Positions 31,447 through 42,918 of a DNA stretch of 64,000 nt are shown in pieces. The position numbers and the translations under genes are program-made. The notes beneath the pieces were generated by a model. It ran no database searches and was not told the origin of the DNA. It was given only the letters and a program-made list of their open reading frames with translations. Numbering within the stretch: the first letter of the stretch is position 1; the number at the start of each line of letters is the position of its first letter. The stretch lies in IMG/VR virus record IMGVR_UViG_3300032302_000065. One strand, 5' to 3'. This DNA comes from a virus. Its lineage: Duplodnaviria; Caudoviricetes.

Positions 31447-31864
31447 GGGCTAAACCGTTTGCAATCAATGCTTGTCTTAAACTATTTCCGTCTAAAATAA
31501 CGTCACCTAAAACACGCCCACCATACTTATCCCAATCCATCAACATAACTTGGCGTTTCTTTGCAGAAGCAACAGCATGTTTTGTAAATTCTGTGGCACG
31601 TTGTCCTCTTAAGTCCTCTTGTGGACATTGCGCTCTGAATCCTTTTTCTGGTGTGTCAACGCCAAAGACACGAATGCTTAATTCTTTTTTGAGTGGATCT
31701 GGTAAGAATGTCGCTTCAAACGCAACAGTATCGCCATCAATAACCCTAGTGATATTAGCATCGTATATAACTCCAGGCCTTTGCTTTCCTGTTTGTGCAT
31801 GTGTATTCCATGCAAGAAATGTAATTCCAACTACCAAACAAATTTTCCAAAATAAATTTTTCAT
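31406..31864 (-). CDS. Thermonuclease (SNase-like)
   Basis: VIDGDT, R..GVDTPE, DKYGGR.L; signal peptide. Confidence 0.9.
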   Translation of the reverse strand: MKNLFWKICLVVGITFLAWNTHAQTGKQRPGVIYDANITRVIDGDTVAFEATFLPDPLKKELSIRVFGVDTPEKGFRAQCPQEDLRGQRATEFTKHAVASAKKRQVMLMDWDKYGGRVLGDVILDGNSLRQALIANGLAREYYGDAKQSWCN

Positions 31865-32856
31865 GCCGCTTTCCCCCATACGTCTGCCCAATCACCTTTT
31901 GTAGCACCCTTTGCATAGTCGGTTGCTCTGTTCTCAAAGAAATTAGTATGCGTTGGAGCATTAATCATTTCTTCAACCCAAGGTAATGGATTTCTTTTAA
32001 CTTTAAAAATACCTTTCAGCCCAAGACTGATAAGGCGCCTGTCTGCAATGTAACGAATGTACTTCTTAACTTCTTCTGAAGTGAGTCCTTCCATCTCATT
32101 GATACCGAACGCCAAGTCAATAAACTTGTCTTCAAGTTCAACCATTCGTTCTGCAATAGTATATATCTTAGATTTTAATTCGTCATTCCAAATTTCATTA
32201 TTCTCTTGGATAAATGATCTGAATAATTTAATCATAGATTCTGCATGTTGCGTTTCATCAACGATAGACCATGTAATAATCTGTCCCATGCCTTTCATCT
32301 TACCCATGCGTGGAAAGTTCAATAGCATAATGAATGAAGAGAACAACTGCATACCTTCTGTGAATGCTGAGAATACTGCAATGTGTGTTGCTGTAGATTG
32401 CAAGTTTCCATTCTTACTTGAAATGTCTAGCACATAATCGTGTTTGTCTTTCATCTCTTGATATGCTAAGAATTCATTATATGTTGTGTCTGGTAGACCC
32501 AATGTTTCAATCAAGTGTGAGTATGCGGCAACGTGTAATGCTTCTCTAGCGGCAAAGCCAAGCAACATCATACGCACTTCAGGCTGTGGAAAATAAGGTA
32601 GATAGTTTTTTACATAACCACCAGCAACGTCAATGTCACCTTGTGTAAAGAAGCGAAAGATATTCGTGAGAAAATGTTTTTCTTCTGATGTTAATTTTTT
32701 CTTCCAATCTTTTACATCTTCAGCCATCGGCACTTCAGTATGTAGCCAATGACTCTGTTCATGCTTCAACCATGCATCATATGCCCATGGATAGTTAAAT
32801 GGTTTGAATGCATCTCTGCCATCCATTAAATTACTTTTTGTTTTTATTGCATTCAT
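31861..32856 (-). CDS. nrdB: Class Ia ribonucleotide reductase beta subunit
   Basis: D, EALH..AY, EG, DETQH iron ligands and radical Tyr; NFFE. Confidence 0.95.
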   Translation of the reverse strand: MNAIKTKSNLMDGRDAFKPFNYPWAYDAWLKHEQSHWLHTEVPMAEDVKDWKKKLTSEEKHFLTNIFRFFTQGDIDVAGGYVKNYLPYFPQPEVRMMLLGFAAREALHVAAYSHLIETLGLPDTTYNEFLAYQEMKDKHDYVLDISSKNGNLQSTATHIAVFSAFTEGMQLFSSFIMLLNFPRMGKMKGMGQIITWSIVDETQHAESMIKLFRSFIQENNEIWNDELKSKIYTIAERMVELEDKFIDLAFGINEMEGLTSEEVKKYIRYIADRRLISLGLKGIFKVKRNPLPWVEEMINAPTHTNFFENRATDYAKGATKGDWADVWGKAA

Positions 32857-33158
32857 TCGTTGACCTCAAACACTATTCTTTTATTCGGATTGTTTTTTAA
32901 AAAATTCTTTATTGCAGTTTCAATAGTTGAACCTTGACATAAAAATACATCTGTGTTTTTGTCCCAAAGAAAAATCTCATTATTATGAACCTCACTTTTA
33001 CCAACAATAACTTCAACTTCTATCTGAGGTTCATTGTTTGTGATGTTTGTTATTTCAGTATTAGCCGGTGAAATCTTGCGAAAAGCTAAAAATGCAACTG
33101 CTAATAGAAATAATAATTCTAATATTCCAAAATCAAAATTCATATAATTGGTATCCAA
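32853..33158 (-). CDS. Membrane-anchored hypothetical protein
   Basis: N-terminal TM. Confidence 0.6.
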   Translation of the reverse strand: MDTNYMNFDFGILELLFLLAVAFLAFRKISPANTEITNITNNEPQIEVEVIVGKSEVHNNEIFLWDKNTDVFLCQGSTIETAIKNFLKNNPNKRIVFEVNE

Positions 33159-34527
33159 TGATTGTTATAAGTTACCGCATACTCTCCTAGGTTTGCTTTA
33201 GAAGGAATATTATATTCTTCGGAATCTCTATGATAAATTTTATTAGAACTATCTGCGAAATTTATCTGCTGTCTACATGTGATATCAAATGCAATTGTAA
33301 TTCTAGGCTCATCGCCTTCCCATGGCCAAGTTCTATGCATATCATTACTGCATTTGCTCATGACAATTTGATTGGGTACAGTAGGAACATCGATGTAATC
33401 TTTATTTGGAACGACCTTATATGTTGTTTTGCTTCCTTCACCAGTCACACAATAGAATCCATGATATGATGGAACATCTTTGTTACCATTTCCAGAATGA
33501 CTATGCCAACCAATAAATTGTCCTTTTTTGTAAATATTTAACCAACATTGCATATAATAGCCGTGACGCAATGCATCTTCTCCTGCCACTTCTTTGAAGA
33601 AGGTTGAAATTTCTTTATACAAGTCATATAGCTGACCGTATGGATATAAAAGTAAATTATATTTATAATATAATACTGTTGTTTTTCCGGTTTCCACTAA
33701 AGCATCAGCGAGTTTGCGATACTGCCCTTCAGTTTGTGGACCATCTTTATTCCATTTAGCTAAAATATGATTCTCTAAACTCATACACGTTCCAGCCATA
33801 AGTTTAGTATCTAAGTTAATTTGTTTTGTGTTTATATAATTTGCAATAGTATTAAATGTCATAATTATTTTCCATTATTAATTGGGATCCAATGATTATC
33901 GGATATGAGTCCTCCACACGGTACTGAAGGATATGTTTTACCTTTTTCTCCAGTAATTTGAGTTCTAGAAACAATATCAAATGCAATTGTAATTCTAGGC
34001 TCATCACCTTCCCACGGCCAAGTTCTATGCATATCAGAAGTGCTTTTGCTTATTACAATTTGATTTTCAATAGTTGGAATATCAATCCATTCTTTAGCAT
34101 GGCCAAGTTTATATGTTGTTTTACTTCCCTCACCAGTCACACAATAAAATCCATGATAAGGGGGAATCTCTTTACTCACATGATTCCAATGTCCATGCCA
34201 ATCAATAAATTCGCCTTTTCTATAAAAGTTTAACCAGCATTGAATGTAGTATGGATTTTTTACTATATCTACGTTATCTTTTTCCGCAACTTCTTTAAAT
34301 AGATTTACAATTTCTCTATACAATTCATATAACTGACCGTATGGATATAGAAGTAAATTGTAATATGAATATAGTCCAGTAGTCATTGTAGACTGTCCAC
34401 TATAAGTCATCTCTTCTTCACCCCAAACTTTTTGAATATGACTCATCATATAATCACAAGTTTCAATCATTACTGGAGTGTTCAGATTGATTTGTTTCGT
34501 ATGTATGTAATTTTCAATCGTATTCAT
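33140..34527 (-). CDS. Tandem paralogous putative 2OG-Fe(II) oxygenases (33140-33862, 33865-34527)
   Basis: WHxH...HGFYCV...H.T.PW...RITIAFD in both. Confidence 0.75.
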
Positions 34528-34773
34528 TTATATTCCACCCAACCAGTCATGTAATTCTGTTTTAGATTTTGTTCCAGAAAATCTTTTTACTTCAGTAGGA
34601 CCATCAACCATAATTAATGTGGGTACACTACGAACACCACACATAGATGCATACTCAAAATCTTTTTCGATATCGAAAGATTCGATTGGAACTTTTGTGT
34701 TGAGTTCATCAAGTATTTTAGTCAATGTTTTGCACGATTCACACCAATCTGCACCAAATTTAATAACTTTCAT
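34528..34773 (-). CDS. Thioredoxin
   Basis: WCESC, VRSVPTLI. Confidence 0.85.
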   Translation of the reverse strand: MKVIKFGADWCESCKTLTKILDELNTKVPIESFDIEKDFEYASMCGVRSVPTLIMVDGPTEVKRFSGTKSKTELHDWLGGI

Positions 34774-34776
34774 TTT

Positions 34777-36558
34777 TTATCCCTCACAAGCTAAACAAGT
34801 ATCACCATCGATAAGTGCTTTCATATCTAGTTCTTTAATAACTTCACGTTCAATACGTTTCGAAACTTTATCTGCTTTACCAATCTTTTCTGAACGGCAA
34901 TAGTAGAGTGTTTTCAGTCCTTGCTTCCACGCTTGAAAGTGTACTGCATGTAAATATTTAATATTCACATCAGGACGAAAAAATAGATTTAATGATTGCG
35001 CTTGATCTATATATGTTTGTCTGTCTGCGGCATGATTGACTAACCAACGCTGGTCAATCTCCATAGAAGTCTTGAATACATCTTTTGTCCAATCATCTAG
35101 AATATCTAAGTGCTGTACGCTACCATCATTCGCAATGATGCTAGACCAAACTGTCTGATATTCATCGTCTGATTTTACTATACTCTTAATGATTTTGTCA
35201 AGCCATTTGTTCTTGGCTAACGATGAGCCCGATAAAGTGTCCTGACGATAAGCATTAGCACGATAAGGTTCGATACTAGGGCTAGTGTTTCCCATGACGA
35301 TAGACGAAGAAGCATTTGGAGCGATAGCCATAAGATGACTAAAACGTTGACCAGTGCCAACAGCATCAAGAGCCTCACCTCGCTCTTTACCCAACTTAAG
35401 ATTCGCATCATTGAGTTGTTCCCTTACGTGTTTAAAGATTTGTTTGTTTCTTCCGACTGCAAGTGCTGATTCGAATGGGACGTTATTTCGTTGTAGATAA
35501 GCATGAAACCCAAGAGAACCGATGCCAATACTGCGCTCACGTATGGCAGAGAACCTTGCACGTTCAACGGCGGCAGGAGCATTATCAATAAAATACTGAA
35601 GAACATTGTCAAGCATTTCTGCAATATCAGAAAGAAATAAAGGATCCGTTTTCCACTCATCAAAGTACTCCAAGTTGACTGAAGACAAACAACAGACTGC
35701 TGTTCTATCTTTATCTGTAGGTAAAATAATTTCAGAGCAAAGATTACTTTGCTTGATACTTAGTCCCAAATCTTTTTGAAACTGTGGCATAGCACGATTG
35801 CTTGCATCAATGAAGTGTAGATATGGTTCACCAGTTTGCATACGAATGTCAAGTATGCGTTGCCATAAGTCTTTTGCAGAAACAACTTCACGCACTTCAT
35901 TACTGTGTGGGTCTCTTAATTCCCAAGAATCATCTGCATCTTTGTCTTGCATACAATTCTCAACGATTTGCATGAATGAATCTGGAATGTTAATGCCATG
36001 ATGTAGATTCAATGTACGTAGATTGGGATCGCCTGTTGGCTTTCTCATTTCCAAAAATAAAAGAATATCTGGATGAGAAATATCAAGATAAGTAGCGTAG
36101 GAACCACGGCGAGTCCTACCTTGTCTATAAGCGAGAGATGATGCGTCATATGTGCGTAGGTGGGGCATGACTCCAACCGATTTATCATCCGAACTGCGAA
36201 TGCCGACACCGATTCCGACGCCGCCGCCCAACATCGAAAGCCAATTAACTTCTGCAAGACAATTGACAAGCCCTTCTGCACTATCATGTAGATATGGTAG
36301 AAAACACGAAATGGGAAGCCCACGACTACTGCGACCAAAAGAAAGAATGGGAGTAGAATAAGACAACCAATGCCTACTGCTGTATTCATATAATCGTTGT
36401 GCATGTTCTGGATTGGAACCAAACGCTTTTGAGACATAAGCAAACCTTTCTTGTGGTGAAGTTTCGTCCTCACGCATGTAGGACTCTTTCAATCTCTTAA
36501 TGCCTAACTCATCGAATAGCGAATCTCTACTATAGTCGATTACAATATCAGTTGTCAT
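34777..36558 (-). CDS. nrdA: Class Ia ribonucleotide reductase alpha subunit (no ATP cone)
   Basis: SCF, SNLCSEI, APNASSS, LYY, C-terminal CxxC. Confidence 0.95.
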   Translation of the reverse strand: MTTDIVIDYSRDSLFDELGIKRLKESYMREDETSPQERFAYVSKAFGSNPEHAQRLYEYSSRHWLSYSTPILSFGRSSRGLPISCFLPYLHDSAEGLVNCLAEVNWLSMLGGGVGIGVGIRSSDDKSVGVMPHLRTYDASSLAYRQGRTRRGSYATYLDISHPDILLFLEMRKPTGDPNLRTLNLHHGINIPDSFMQIVENCMQDKDADDSWELRDPHSNEVREVVSAKDLWQRILDIRMQTGEPYLHFIDASNRAMPQFQKDLGLSIKQSNLCSEIILPTDKDRTAVCCLSSVNLEYFDEWKTDPLFLSDIAEMLDNVLQYFIDNAPAAVERARFSAIRERSIGIGSLGFHAYLQRNNVPFESALAVGRNKQIFKHVREQLNDANLKLGKERGEALDAVGTGQRFSHLMAIAPNASSSIVMGNTSPSIEPYRANAYRQDTLSGSSLAKNKWLDKIIKSIVKSDDEYQTVWSSIIANDGSVQHLDILDDWTKDVFKTSMEIDQRWLVNHAADRQTYIDQAQSLNLFFRPDVNIKYLHAVHFQAWKQGLKTLYYCRSEKIGKADKVSKRIEREVIKELDMKALIDGDTCLACEG

Positions 36559-37245
36559 TCAGGTTCCTTCTCTTATGCTTTTAATTATTGGAAATACATT
36601 TGCAATTACTTCTGCACATGCTCTTGCAATTTCTGCGTGTTCTTTTTGTGTTCCATTTCCATCTCTGAGGTCGATGTAGTGGATCCATGATCTGAGTGTT
36701 CCGTTGACGTAGAGTCTTGAGATCGTGTTTCCTTCAGGAAGAACCACCCTCGCCTGCTCCTTTGCAATACCATTGCTAATCGCCCAACTGTACGCATTGA
36801 TAGCCTCTTTGATTACGTTACTTTGAATTGTATTCCATTGTTTTTGTAATTTATCATCATTAATTTCTATGCTATTTTGTCTATTTTTTGTGTCTTGCAA
36901 TCTAGCTTCTCTAAGTACAAAATTGAGTTCTTTAGTTGGGTCAGCATATCGCTGGCTGAATTCTTGAAATGAGAAACTTCTGTGTCGCAATAATTGTCTT
37001 GCGATATCTCTTGTTGTCTCAACTTCAATACATGCGGAGACCATTTCAAGTGGACTCCAATGTTTGTGTTTGATGAGGTATTTGATGAGTCTTTCTGAAG
37101 TCTCACTATTGGACTGATTGGAGGGATTAGATACTCTTGCACAGTATGCGACAAGGTCTTGTAGATTGGGTAATTCAAATTCAAATTCATCTTGTTTGCT
37201 CGGATCGATTGCTTGTTGTGAATAGCTTATTAATTTTACGTTCAT
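36559..37245 (-). CDS. thyX: Flavin-dependent thymidylate synthase
   Basis: RHRSFSFQEFSQRY. Confidence 0.95.
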   Translation of the reverse strand: MNVKLISYSQQAIDPSKQDEFEFELPNLQDLVAYCARVSNPSNQSNSETSERLIKYLIKHKHWSPLEMVSACIEVETTRDIARQLLRHRSFSFQEFSQRYADPTKELNFVLREARLQDTKNRQNSIEINDDKLQKQWNTIQSNVIKEAINAYSWAISNGIAKEQARVVLPEGNTISRLYVNGTLRSWIHYIDLRDGNGTQKEHAEIARACAEVIANVFPIIKSIREGT

Positions 37246-38264
37246 CTCATCTTCCATATGTTAAATTCAAGTAATGCTTTTGGACCGTGAAAAGTAAAGT
37301 TATTTATAGTATTGATGATTTCATCCTGTTCTTTTCCGGCGAGTATCATATCATTTATATCTTTTTCTTCATATGATTTAGGCCAGATCACAACATTAGC
37401 ATCTGCTTTAATTGTTTCACCAATCTCTCTTACGATTTCTTTATTACGTGGTTCGTTGTCATAAATCAATACTAACTTATCTTTAGGTAAGTAATTGAGT
37501 ACATATTTCAAATTAGAATTTCCAACTGCAATAGCATTAGGTAAGAATAGACTATCAATCGGACCTTCAGTAACAAAAATAGTCTGTGTTATATCTATCC
37601 TGTTCATGTTGTAAATCATGGGTAAATCATCTTTTATTTTCATCACAAGATAACGCTGTTTCTCACCACGAATACCTCTGGCAGTCAGTCCAACTAACTC
37701 ATCATCTTTATCATAGAACGGCAACACAATTCTAGGTTCTTCAGTTACAATCTTTTCTTCATAATCTGGAGAGAATACTTTTAACTTCTGAACGTTGTCA
37801 ACGTAGTATAACGTTTTTAGTTTGTTCTCAGGAATCTTTCGTGAACGTGCATATACAATCGCTTCATGCGTATCGCTGAGTTTAGATAGGGGAGTTAGAA
37901 CGCCTTTTAGATTATCCGTTTTATTACTGCCAAATGTGACAGGCTTAAAAATGAATCCGTGTTCTTTGTGTGCTTTGCGACCAGTCTCACCTTCTTTATA
38001 TCGCTCTAGGCAATACTCTTTGTAGAGGTTTGGGTCAACTGCTTTGATTAGATTGCCTAGAGAAATGCTGACTGCACAATTGTGGCACTTGTAGAAGAGT
38101 CCACCTTTTTGTGCAAAGATATATCCACGTGCCTTGTTTCGATTTGTTTGGGAGTCACCGCAGATAGGGCATCTGAAGTTGTAAGTGTAGTCGCCTTTAC
38201 GAACAAATTTGTCCAAGCGAACCGAGAGTGTACCAATGTACTTTTGGTCAATCCAAATGCTCAT
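37242..38264 (-). CDS. DNA primase (T4 gp61-like)
   Basis: CPICGDS...CHNC Zn finger; EGPIDS, DNEPRN, KDIND. Confidence 0.93.
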   Translation of the reverse strand: MSIWIDQKYIGTLSVRLDKFVRKGDYTYNFRCPICGDSQTNRNKARGYIFAQKGGLFYKCHNCAVSISLGNLIKAVDPNLYKEYCLERYKEGETGRKAHKEHGFIFKPVTFGSNKTDNLKGVLTPLSKLSDTHEAIVYARSRKIPENKLKTLYYVDNVQKLKVFSPDYEEKIVTEEPRIVLPFYDKDDELVGLTARGIRGEKQRYLVMKIKDDLPMIYNMNRIDITQTIFVTEGPIDSLFLPNAIAVGNSNLKYVLNYLPKDKLVLIYDNEPRNKEIVREIGETIKADANVVIWPKSYEEKDINDMILAGKEQDEIINTINNFTFHGPKALLEFNIWKMR

Positions 38265-38290
38265 ATTTTTTCATTATATACAAAAAGTCT

Positions 38291-38330
38291 ATCTAATGTT
38301 CATTATAGCGTACATTAGATGGTAAGTCAA
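38291..38330 (-). promoter_or_regulatory. Primase promoter inside an inverted repeat
   Basis: TTGACT-N17-TATAAT; ATCTAATGT/ACATTAGAT. Confidence 0.7.
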
Positions 38331-38331
38331 G

Positions 38332-38763
38332 TTAGCCGCCAAGAAGTTTACTTATTGCGTCTATTTTAATATGGGAGAATATCCATGCAAGAACCACGAT
38401 TGCGCCGGCAGCCATCCACTTCCACTCCATAATTTTACGTAATTCGTTGTCTTCTTTTTTGTTATGCTCTTGAATTTCTTCACGAAGTGCTTTAATTTCA
38501 TCCATGATTCTGCGTTCCGTCAATTCTACCTTGTCGGAAACTTCACGACTAATTGTGGTAATTCTAGAATGCAATTCTTTGATATCCGTGTTGGTGTCTG
38601 ATTTTCTTTTTTCCATATCGTCATATATTTGATTGACCATACGGTCGTGATTATCCACCAGCTTTTCAATAAGCGAATCGATTTTATTACAGAGTTGTGT
38701 AATTGTCAAGACTTGATTTTTTAAAACCTCAACATCAACTTTTAATTCTACTATATCACTCAT
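38332..38763 (-). CDS. Coiled-coil protein with C-terminal TM
   Basis: ORF; lies next to the spanin genes. Confidence 0.65.
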   Translation of the reverse strand: MSDIVELKVDVEVLKNQVLTITQLCNKIDSLIEKLVDNHDRMVNQIYDDMEKRKSDTNTDIKELHSRITTISREVSDKVELTERRIMDEIKALREEIQEHNKKEDNELRKIMEWKWMAAGAIVVLAWIFSHIKIDAISKLLGG

Positions 38764-39026
38764 TTCTTTAGTGTCTCGTAAATTTTCTTTTGAGTTTCGT
38801 ACCATTCTATCCAAGCGTCATTTCTAACTGCACATTCGTAATACGTTGTGTAGTTTTGGGTTATTGTTTTAGATATCTCAGATAATTTAGATCCATCCAT
38901 AGTTTTTAAAGACGGGCACTTAACTTTCATTTCATCTGGAACATCAGGAAATTTTACTGTCACAGGAACAACAGTAGAACATCCTGTTAATAGTATAAGC
39001 AATAAAGATGCAAGGTATTTATTCAT
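38760..39026 (-). CDS. Rz1-like o-spanin lipoprotein
   Basis: Lipobox LTGC, P..P..M...CP.L, Y.ECA. Confidence 0.75.
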   Translation of the reverse strand: MNKYLASLLLILLTGCSTVVPVTVKFPDVPDEMKVKCPSLKTMDGSKLSEISKTITQNYTTYYECAVRNDAWIEWYETQKKIYETLKK

Positions 39027-39469
39027 CTTGGATCCTTGACAGCATCATCATGCGCTATAAAAAATTCTTTAGGAATTTCACACGCACCTCCTGGTGCAAA
39101 TATAGTATCATACTTAACAACTTCACGATCAATGTACTTAACAACTTCTGCACCTTGAACTTTAACTACTTCTATCTTCTTGACAACTTTTTCAACTATT
39201 TTTACATTTTCTTCAGCAGATTTAACTTCTACTTCAGCAACTTTTTTTTCCAATTCTCTTATTTTAGCAAGCCAAGATTCATTGTCTGATATAGCGCCTG
39301 CCATATAAGTGCCAAAACATAATGCTATAGCAGATAATATCTGTATTGGTAGTCTATATGTTGACAATACAGGAATAAACTTAAAAAACTCAGTCGCAAT
39401 AATCCCTAATAATCCAATAAAGAATATTGCATAAAATGCCCAATTGGGCAACCATTTTAAAATCGACAT
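39023..39469 (-). CDS. Rz-like i-spanin
   Basis: TM, coiled coil, C.IP.EF; overlaps the o-spanin. Confidence 0.7.
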   Translation of the reverse strand: MSILKWLPNWAFYAIFFIGLLGIIATEFFKFIPVLSTYRLPIQILSAIALCFGTYMAGAISDNESWLAKIRELEKKVAEVEVKSAEENVKIVEKVVKKIEVVKVQGAEVVKYIDREVVKYDTIFAPGGACEIPKEFFIAHDDAVKDPR

Positions 39470-39600
39470 GATTATTCTTTACTTGCGAATGCAGAACGCA
39501 CTTTAGTTTCTAACGTCTTAGCCCACGATGGTTGCGGAAAATGCCAACCAACAAATGCACCAATTAAAATCCAAAAAATTGTTTCTAACATATCGTTTCC

Positions 39601-41535
39601 TTATACTGTGAATTTTTGATTATGCGTCATAAAGTTTTTCTTACGCATAACTGTCTTTGCTACTAAGTCTAACTCTTCAGCATCTCTATCCCATTTCAAT
39701 ACGAATGGTAAATTGATTTGCGTCTTCATATCATTCAATACTGCTTCTGCATCTGGTCCTAACGCAGGAATTCTTTTTCCGTATTTCTGTAATGTTTTTT
39801 TAAATAATAATTGTAGTTCATCTACTGTGATAGGTTTACCATTACGTGCATCGTTAACTCTATCTAAAAAATGTTTAGTAAATGCAACATCGACATTTAA
39901 TACTTTGAACAATTGATCTAAGTATTTTTCCAACTCATTCAATTGCGCCTGAGAAACTTCCTCAACTAATTGTTCTCTTTCAAATTGTTCTGTAAACATT
40001 CCCGAACGCCCGTGACGTAAGAATGTCATTGCGCCAGTTAATTCATCTTGTATGATAATTGGCTTCTTAGGATACTTGCGCCCATAGTCACGAATTGCAT
40101 TTCCAACTTCATCATTACCAACATACTTTTCATATTTAAGATATTTCTTTTTACCAAATCGTGCGTCATTAAATTTCTTCGCATCAACAACAAACACATC
40201 GTGGTTTGCAAATCTACGCATCATAACTTTAGTTGGCTTTGGAGGATCACCTTTTGTTCCAGCAATCTTACCATCACCAACATTGTTTGCTGGCGCATCT
40301 TCAGTCAAATAACTTTGCCCATTGTAGTATTCTAAAAACTGTTCTTCTAAAGTTTCTTCTCTAATATTCTTCTCTTCTTTCAAGAGAAACAATGCGGCCG
40401 CATATGATGCAAGTTTGCTTTTGCCAAATGGCAATTTTTCTAAAACTCTTTTTAATTTTGAAATGAGTAAATCAAATTTAGTAAATGAGTCTTCTTGTGC
40501 GGGCGTTCTTTTTTCTGGTGGAACAATAATGTTTCCACCATCATCAATAACGCCAGTTTTAAATGCTTCCCACTCCGCAAATGGAGTAGTAAACAATCTT
40601 AAAATTCTATACACTAAGTATAAGTCTACTAAATTTGACACTCTATATACTCTTCTTTAAATTGTTGTACAATGATAAATCTAATACTTCTACATCTTCA
40701 AGTTTTATATATTCAAGGTATAGAAGAAATGCATTTAATACATCATGATTTTTATCATCGATTTTAAATGCTAACATATTGACTGTAGCTTCAGCACCAA
40801 ACACATTTGAAAGAGAAATTATATGATTTAAAATTAATCTCTCTTTCAATTCTTTCTTATCTACATATTTGTTTATTAACCTCTTGATGTATTTAATAAT
40901 TTTTAAATCATCTAAAAATTCTAATACAGATATGCAATTAGGATTTATGTAGTTGCTGACTGCATATTCATCAAAATTATCATTATTTAGAGTTGTCATT
41001 AGAACGTACTTAGTGCTACTCGCTTAATTACCGATGAACTAACTGCGATATACAAATAATTTGCGTCCCAAGTAATAGTGCCAACGCCCCAACCAATAGC
41101 TGTATTGTTTGAACTTGCTGGTGTTCTAGCAGTACGCACACGAAATGCATCAGAATTAATATCCAATACTTCTGTTGGTGCATTTGTCATCAAACCAATC
41201 TTATCTGTAGTCGCATTAACATAGAACATGTTTGCTTGATTGTCAGATGCAATCTTAGTATCAGATTGAGTGCCGCCACTATTGATCGAAATACCCTTAG
41301 AAAATGTCGATTGATTATTTGCCGTTACCGTAAAGTTGTTTGCAGTAAATGCTGTGTCACCTACTGAAGCAAGATTGATTGTGTTTGATGTTACTTGTGA
41401 GGTTGTACCAAAGAAATCACCAACAGTAATTTTTTTGCTGACTGGTGAACCTAATGGATCATCAATGATTAATAATAAATCGTCTTTTGTTGGTGCAGTC
41501 AATGCTGTCAACTGCGTTACTTTTTTATCTGCCAT
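39601..41535 (-). CDS. Probable virion proteins (39601-40641, 40643-40999, 40999-41535)
   Basis: Late-region ORFs; MADKKVTQLTAL and WDANYLYI fibre-like motifs in the last. Confidence 0.65.
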
Positions 41536-41592
41536 TTCTATTCCTTAATTTAAACCCAATTGAATGGGAATTCTACTTCCGGGACTCGGACC

Positions 41593-41614
41593 AAAAGGGG
41601 GCTATTAAGCCCCC
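41593..41614 (-). terminator. Intrinsic terminator
   Basis: GGGGCT-TAAT-AGCCCC-CTTTT. Confidence 0.6.
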
Positions 41615-41627
41615 ATGTGAAATAATA

Positions 41628-42407
41628 TTAAACGACTGTCAATACTGCGTTTGCAGATATTGTGTTTGCGCCAGTACCGTTTGTAACAGACATTTGGGCA
41701 CGATAGATAGAACCTGTGCCTGCAATAGAAACGTTTGCAATGCTTAGAGTTGCTGTCGATGTGTTTGAGAATGTACCTGCGTTTGTCAAATCGGAGAATG
41801 TAGCATTGGCGTTAGCCGCTTGTTGCCAACGATAGTTGATTGTAGCGCCTGTTGGTACGGATGTTACAACAATAGTGAATGTGTTAGCTGTACCAGCAGT
41901 AACCGATTTGCTTGTTGGCTGTGTACCAATAACAAGTCTGTAATCTGGATATGCTACGTCTTCATCATCTGTTGCAGTAGACATAGAACTGAATGATGCT
42001 AAAACTTCAGACTTTCTACGAATGTTACCATGCGTATCAGTATAGATGTTTGTGTAAACCCAGCCAGGAATCTCATTGTTAGCTGTTGCTTCGTTTACGT
42101 CAACACCATAAACTAAACCAATGCTCTGAACTGTTTTATCAGTACCAGCGGCAAGGTGTTTTGGTGATTGTTTTAACGTAGCACTAACACCTGTCGTATT
42201 AGCGATTGCCCAAGCTGGACTAATCGTCAATGCAGTATTGCTAGTGATTCCGATAATTTTTGCGAAAGTGCTGTTAACTTTAATAACATCACCAACTTTT
42301 GTTTCTGTTGTGAATACTGTGCTAGTTCCAGTAACTGTAGCGGATCCGTTTGTTGTTGCTACTGTGCCTGTTAAAGCAAGTGCTGAATTATTTCCCCATA
42401 GTGCCAT
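41628..42407 (-). CDS. Virion protein with C-terminal Ig-like domain
   Basis: MALWG, GWV..R.KSE.L, QP.S..V..G....F...Y.WQ; late promoter TATAAATA 42464-42471. Confidence 0.75.
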   Translation of the reverse strand: MALWGNNSALALTGTVATTNGSATVTGTSTVFTTETKVGDVIKVNSTFAKIIGITSNTALTISPAWAIANTTGVSATLKQSPKHLAAGTDKTVQSIGLVYGVDVNEATANNEIPGWVYTNIYTDTHGNIRRKSEVLASFSSMSTATDDEDVAYPDYRLVIGTQPTSKSVTAGTANTFTIVVTSVPTGATINYRWQQAANANATFSDLTNAGTFSNTSTATLSIANVSIAGTGSIYRAQMSVTNGTGANTISANAVLTVV

Positions 42408-42422
42408 GGTGTTCTCCTTTTA

Positions 42423-42917
42423 TTAATATCCTAGTTTTCTTAATTGTGAAATAGTGTTCATACTATTTATATGTCGTATTCCAATTCCTCCAGCGGAAAC
42501 CCACTCTTTGATGTTTTTTTCATAATCATCAATCAAAAGATTTGGTGTTCCATCGCTGTTTACTGCAAATTTCTGTTTATCTTCTCTCGGAACAAGATAA
42601 ATGTGGTCTACATTACCTAAATGTTTTCGAACCCATTCAATCTTTTCCGGCTTACATGTAGCCATGCGTTTAGAAGGAGTAGATAATACATATGGATTAT
42701 GCGGCTTAATATATCTCCATAACATCATACCATCAGGCATTGGCTCTAAGTTAGCCCAAAATTTTGGAACTTGTTTTAGTGCTTCCCACTTAGCATTCTT
42801 TTCTTCTTCCGGAAACGGTTTTAATCCTGCGGCAGCTAATGCTTTATTTGCACCACCCACGAAATTGACTAACACTTGATCCATGTCACAATAAATTTGT
42901 GGCAATCCATTATTCAT
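42423..42917 (-). CDS. HAD-family 5'(3')-nucleotidase
   Basis: DMDQVL.NF, K..W, LIDD. Confidence 0.8.
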   Translation of the reverse strand: MNNGLPQIYCDMDQVLVNFVGGANKALAAAGLKPFPEEEKNAKWEALKQVPKFWANLEPMPDGMMLWRYIKPHNPYVLSTPSKRMATCKPEKIEWVRKHLGNVDHIYLVPREDKQKFAVNSDGTPNLLIDDYEKNIKEWVSAGGIGIRHINSMNTISQLRKLGY

Positions 42918-42918
42918 T

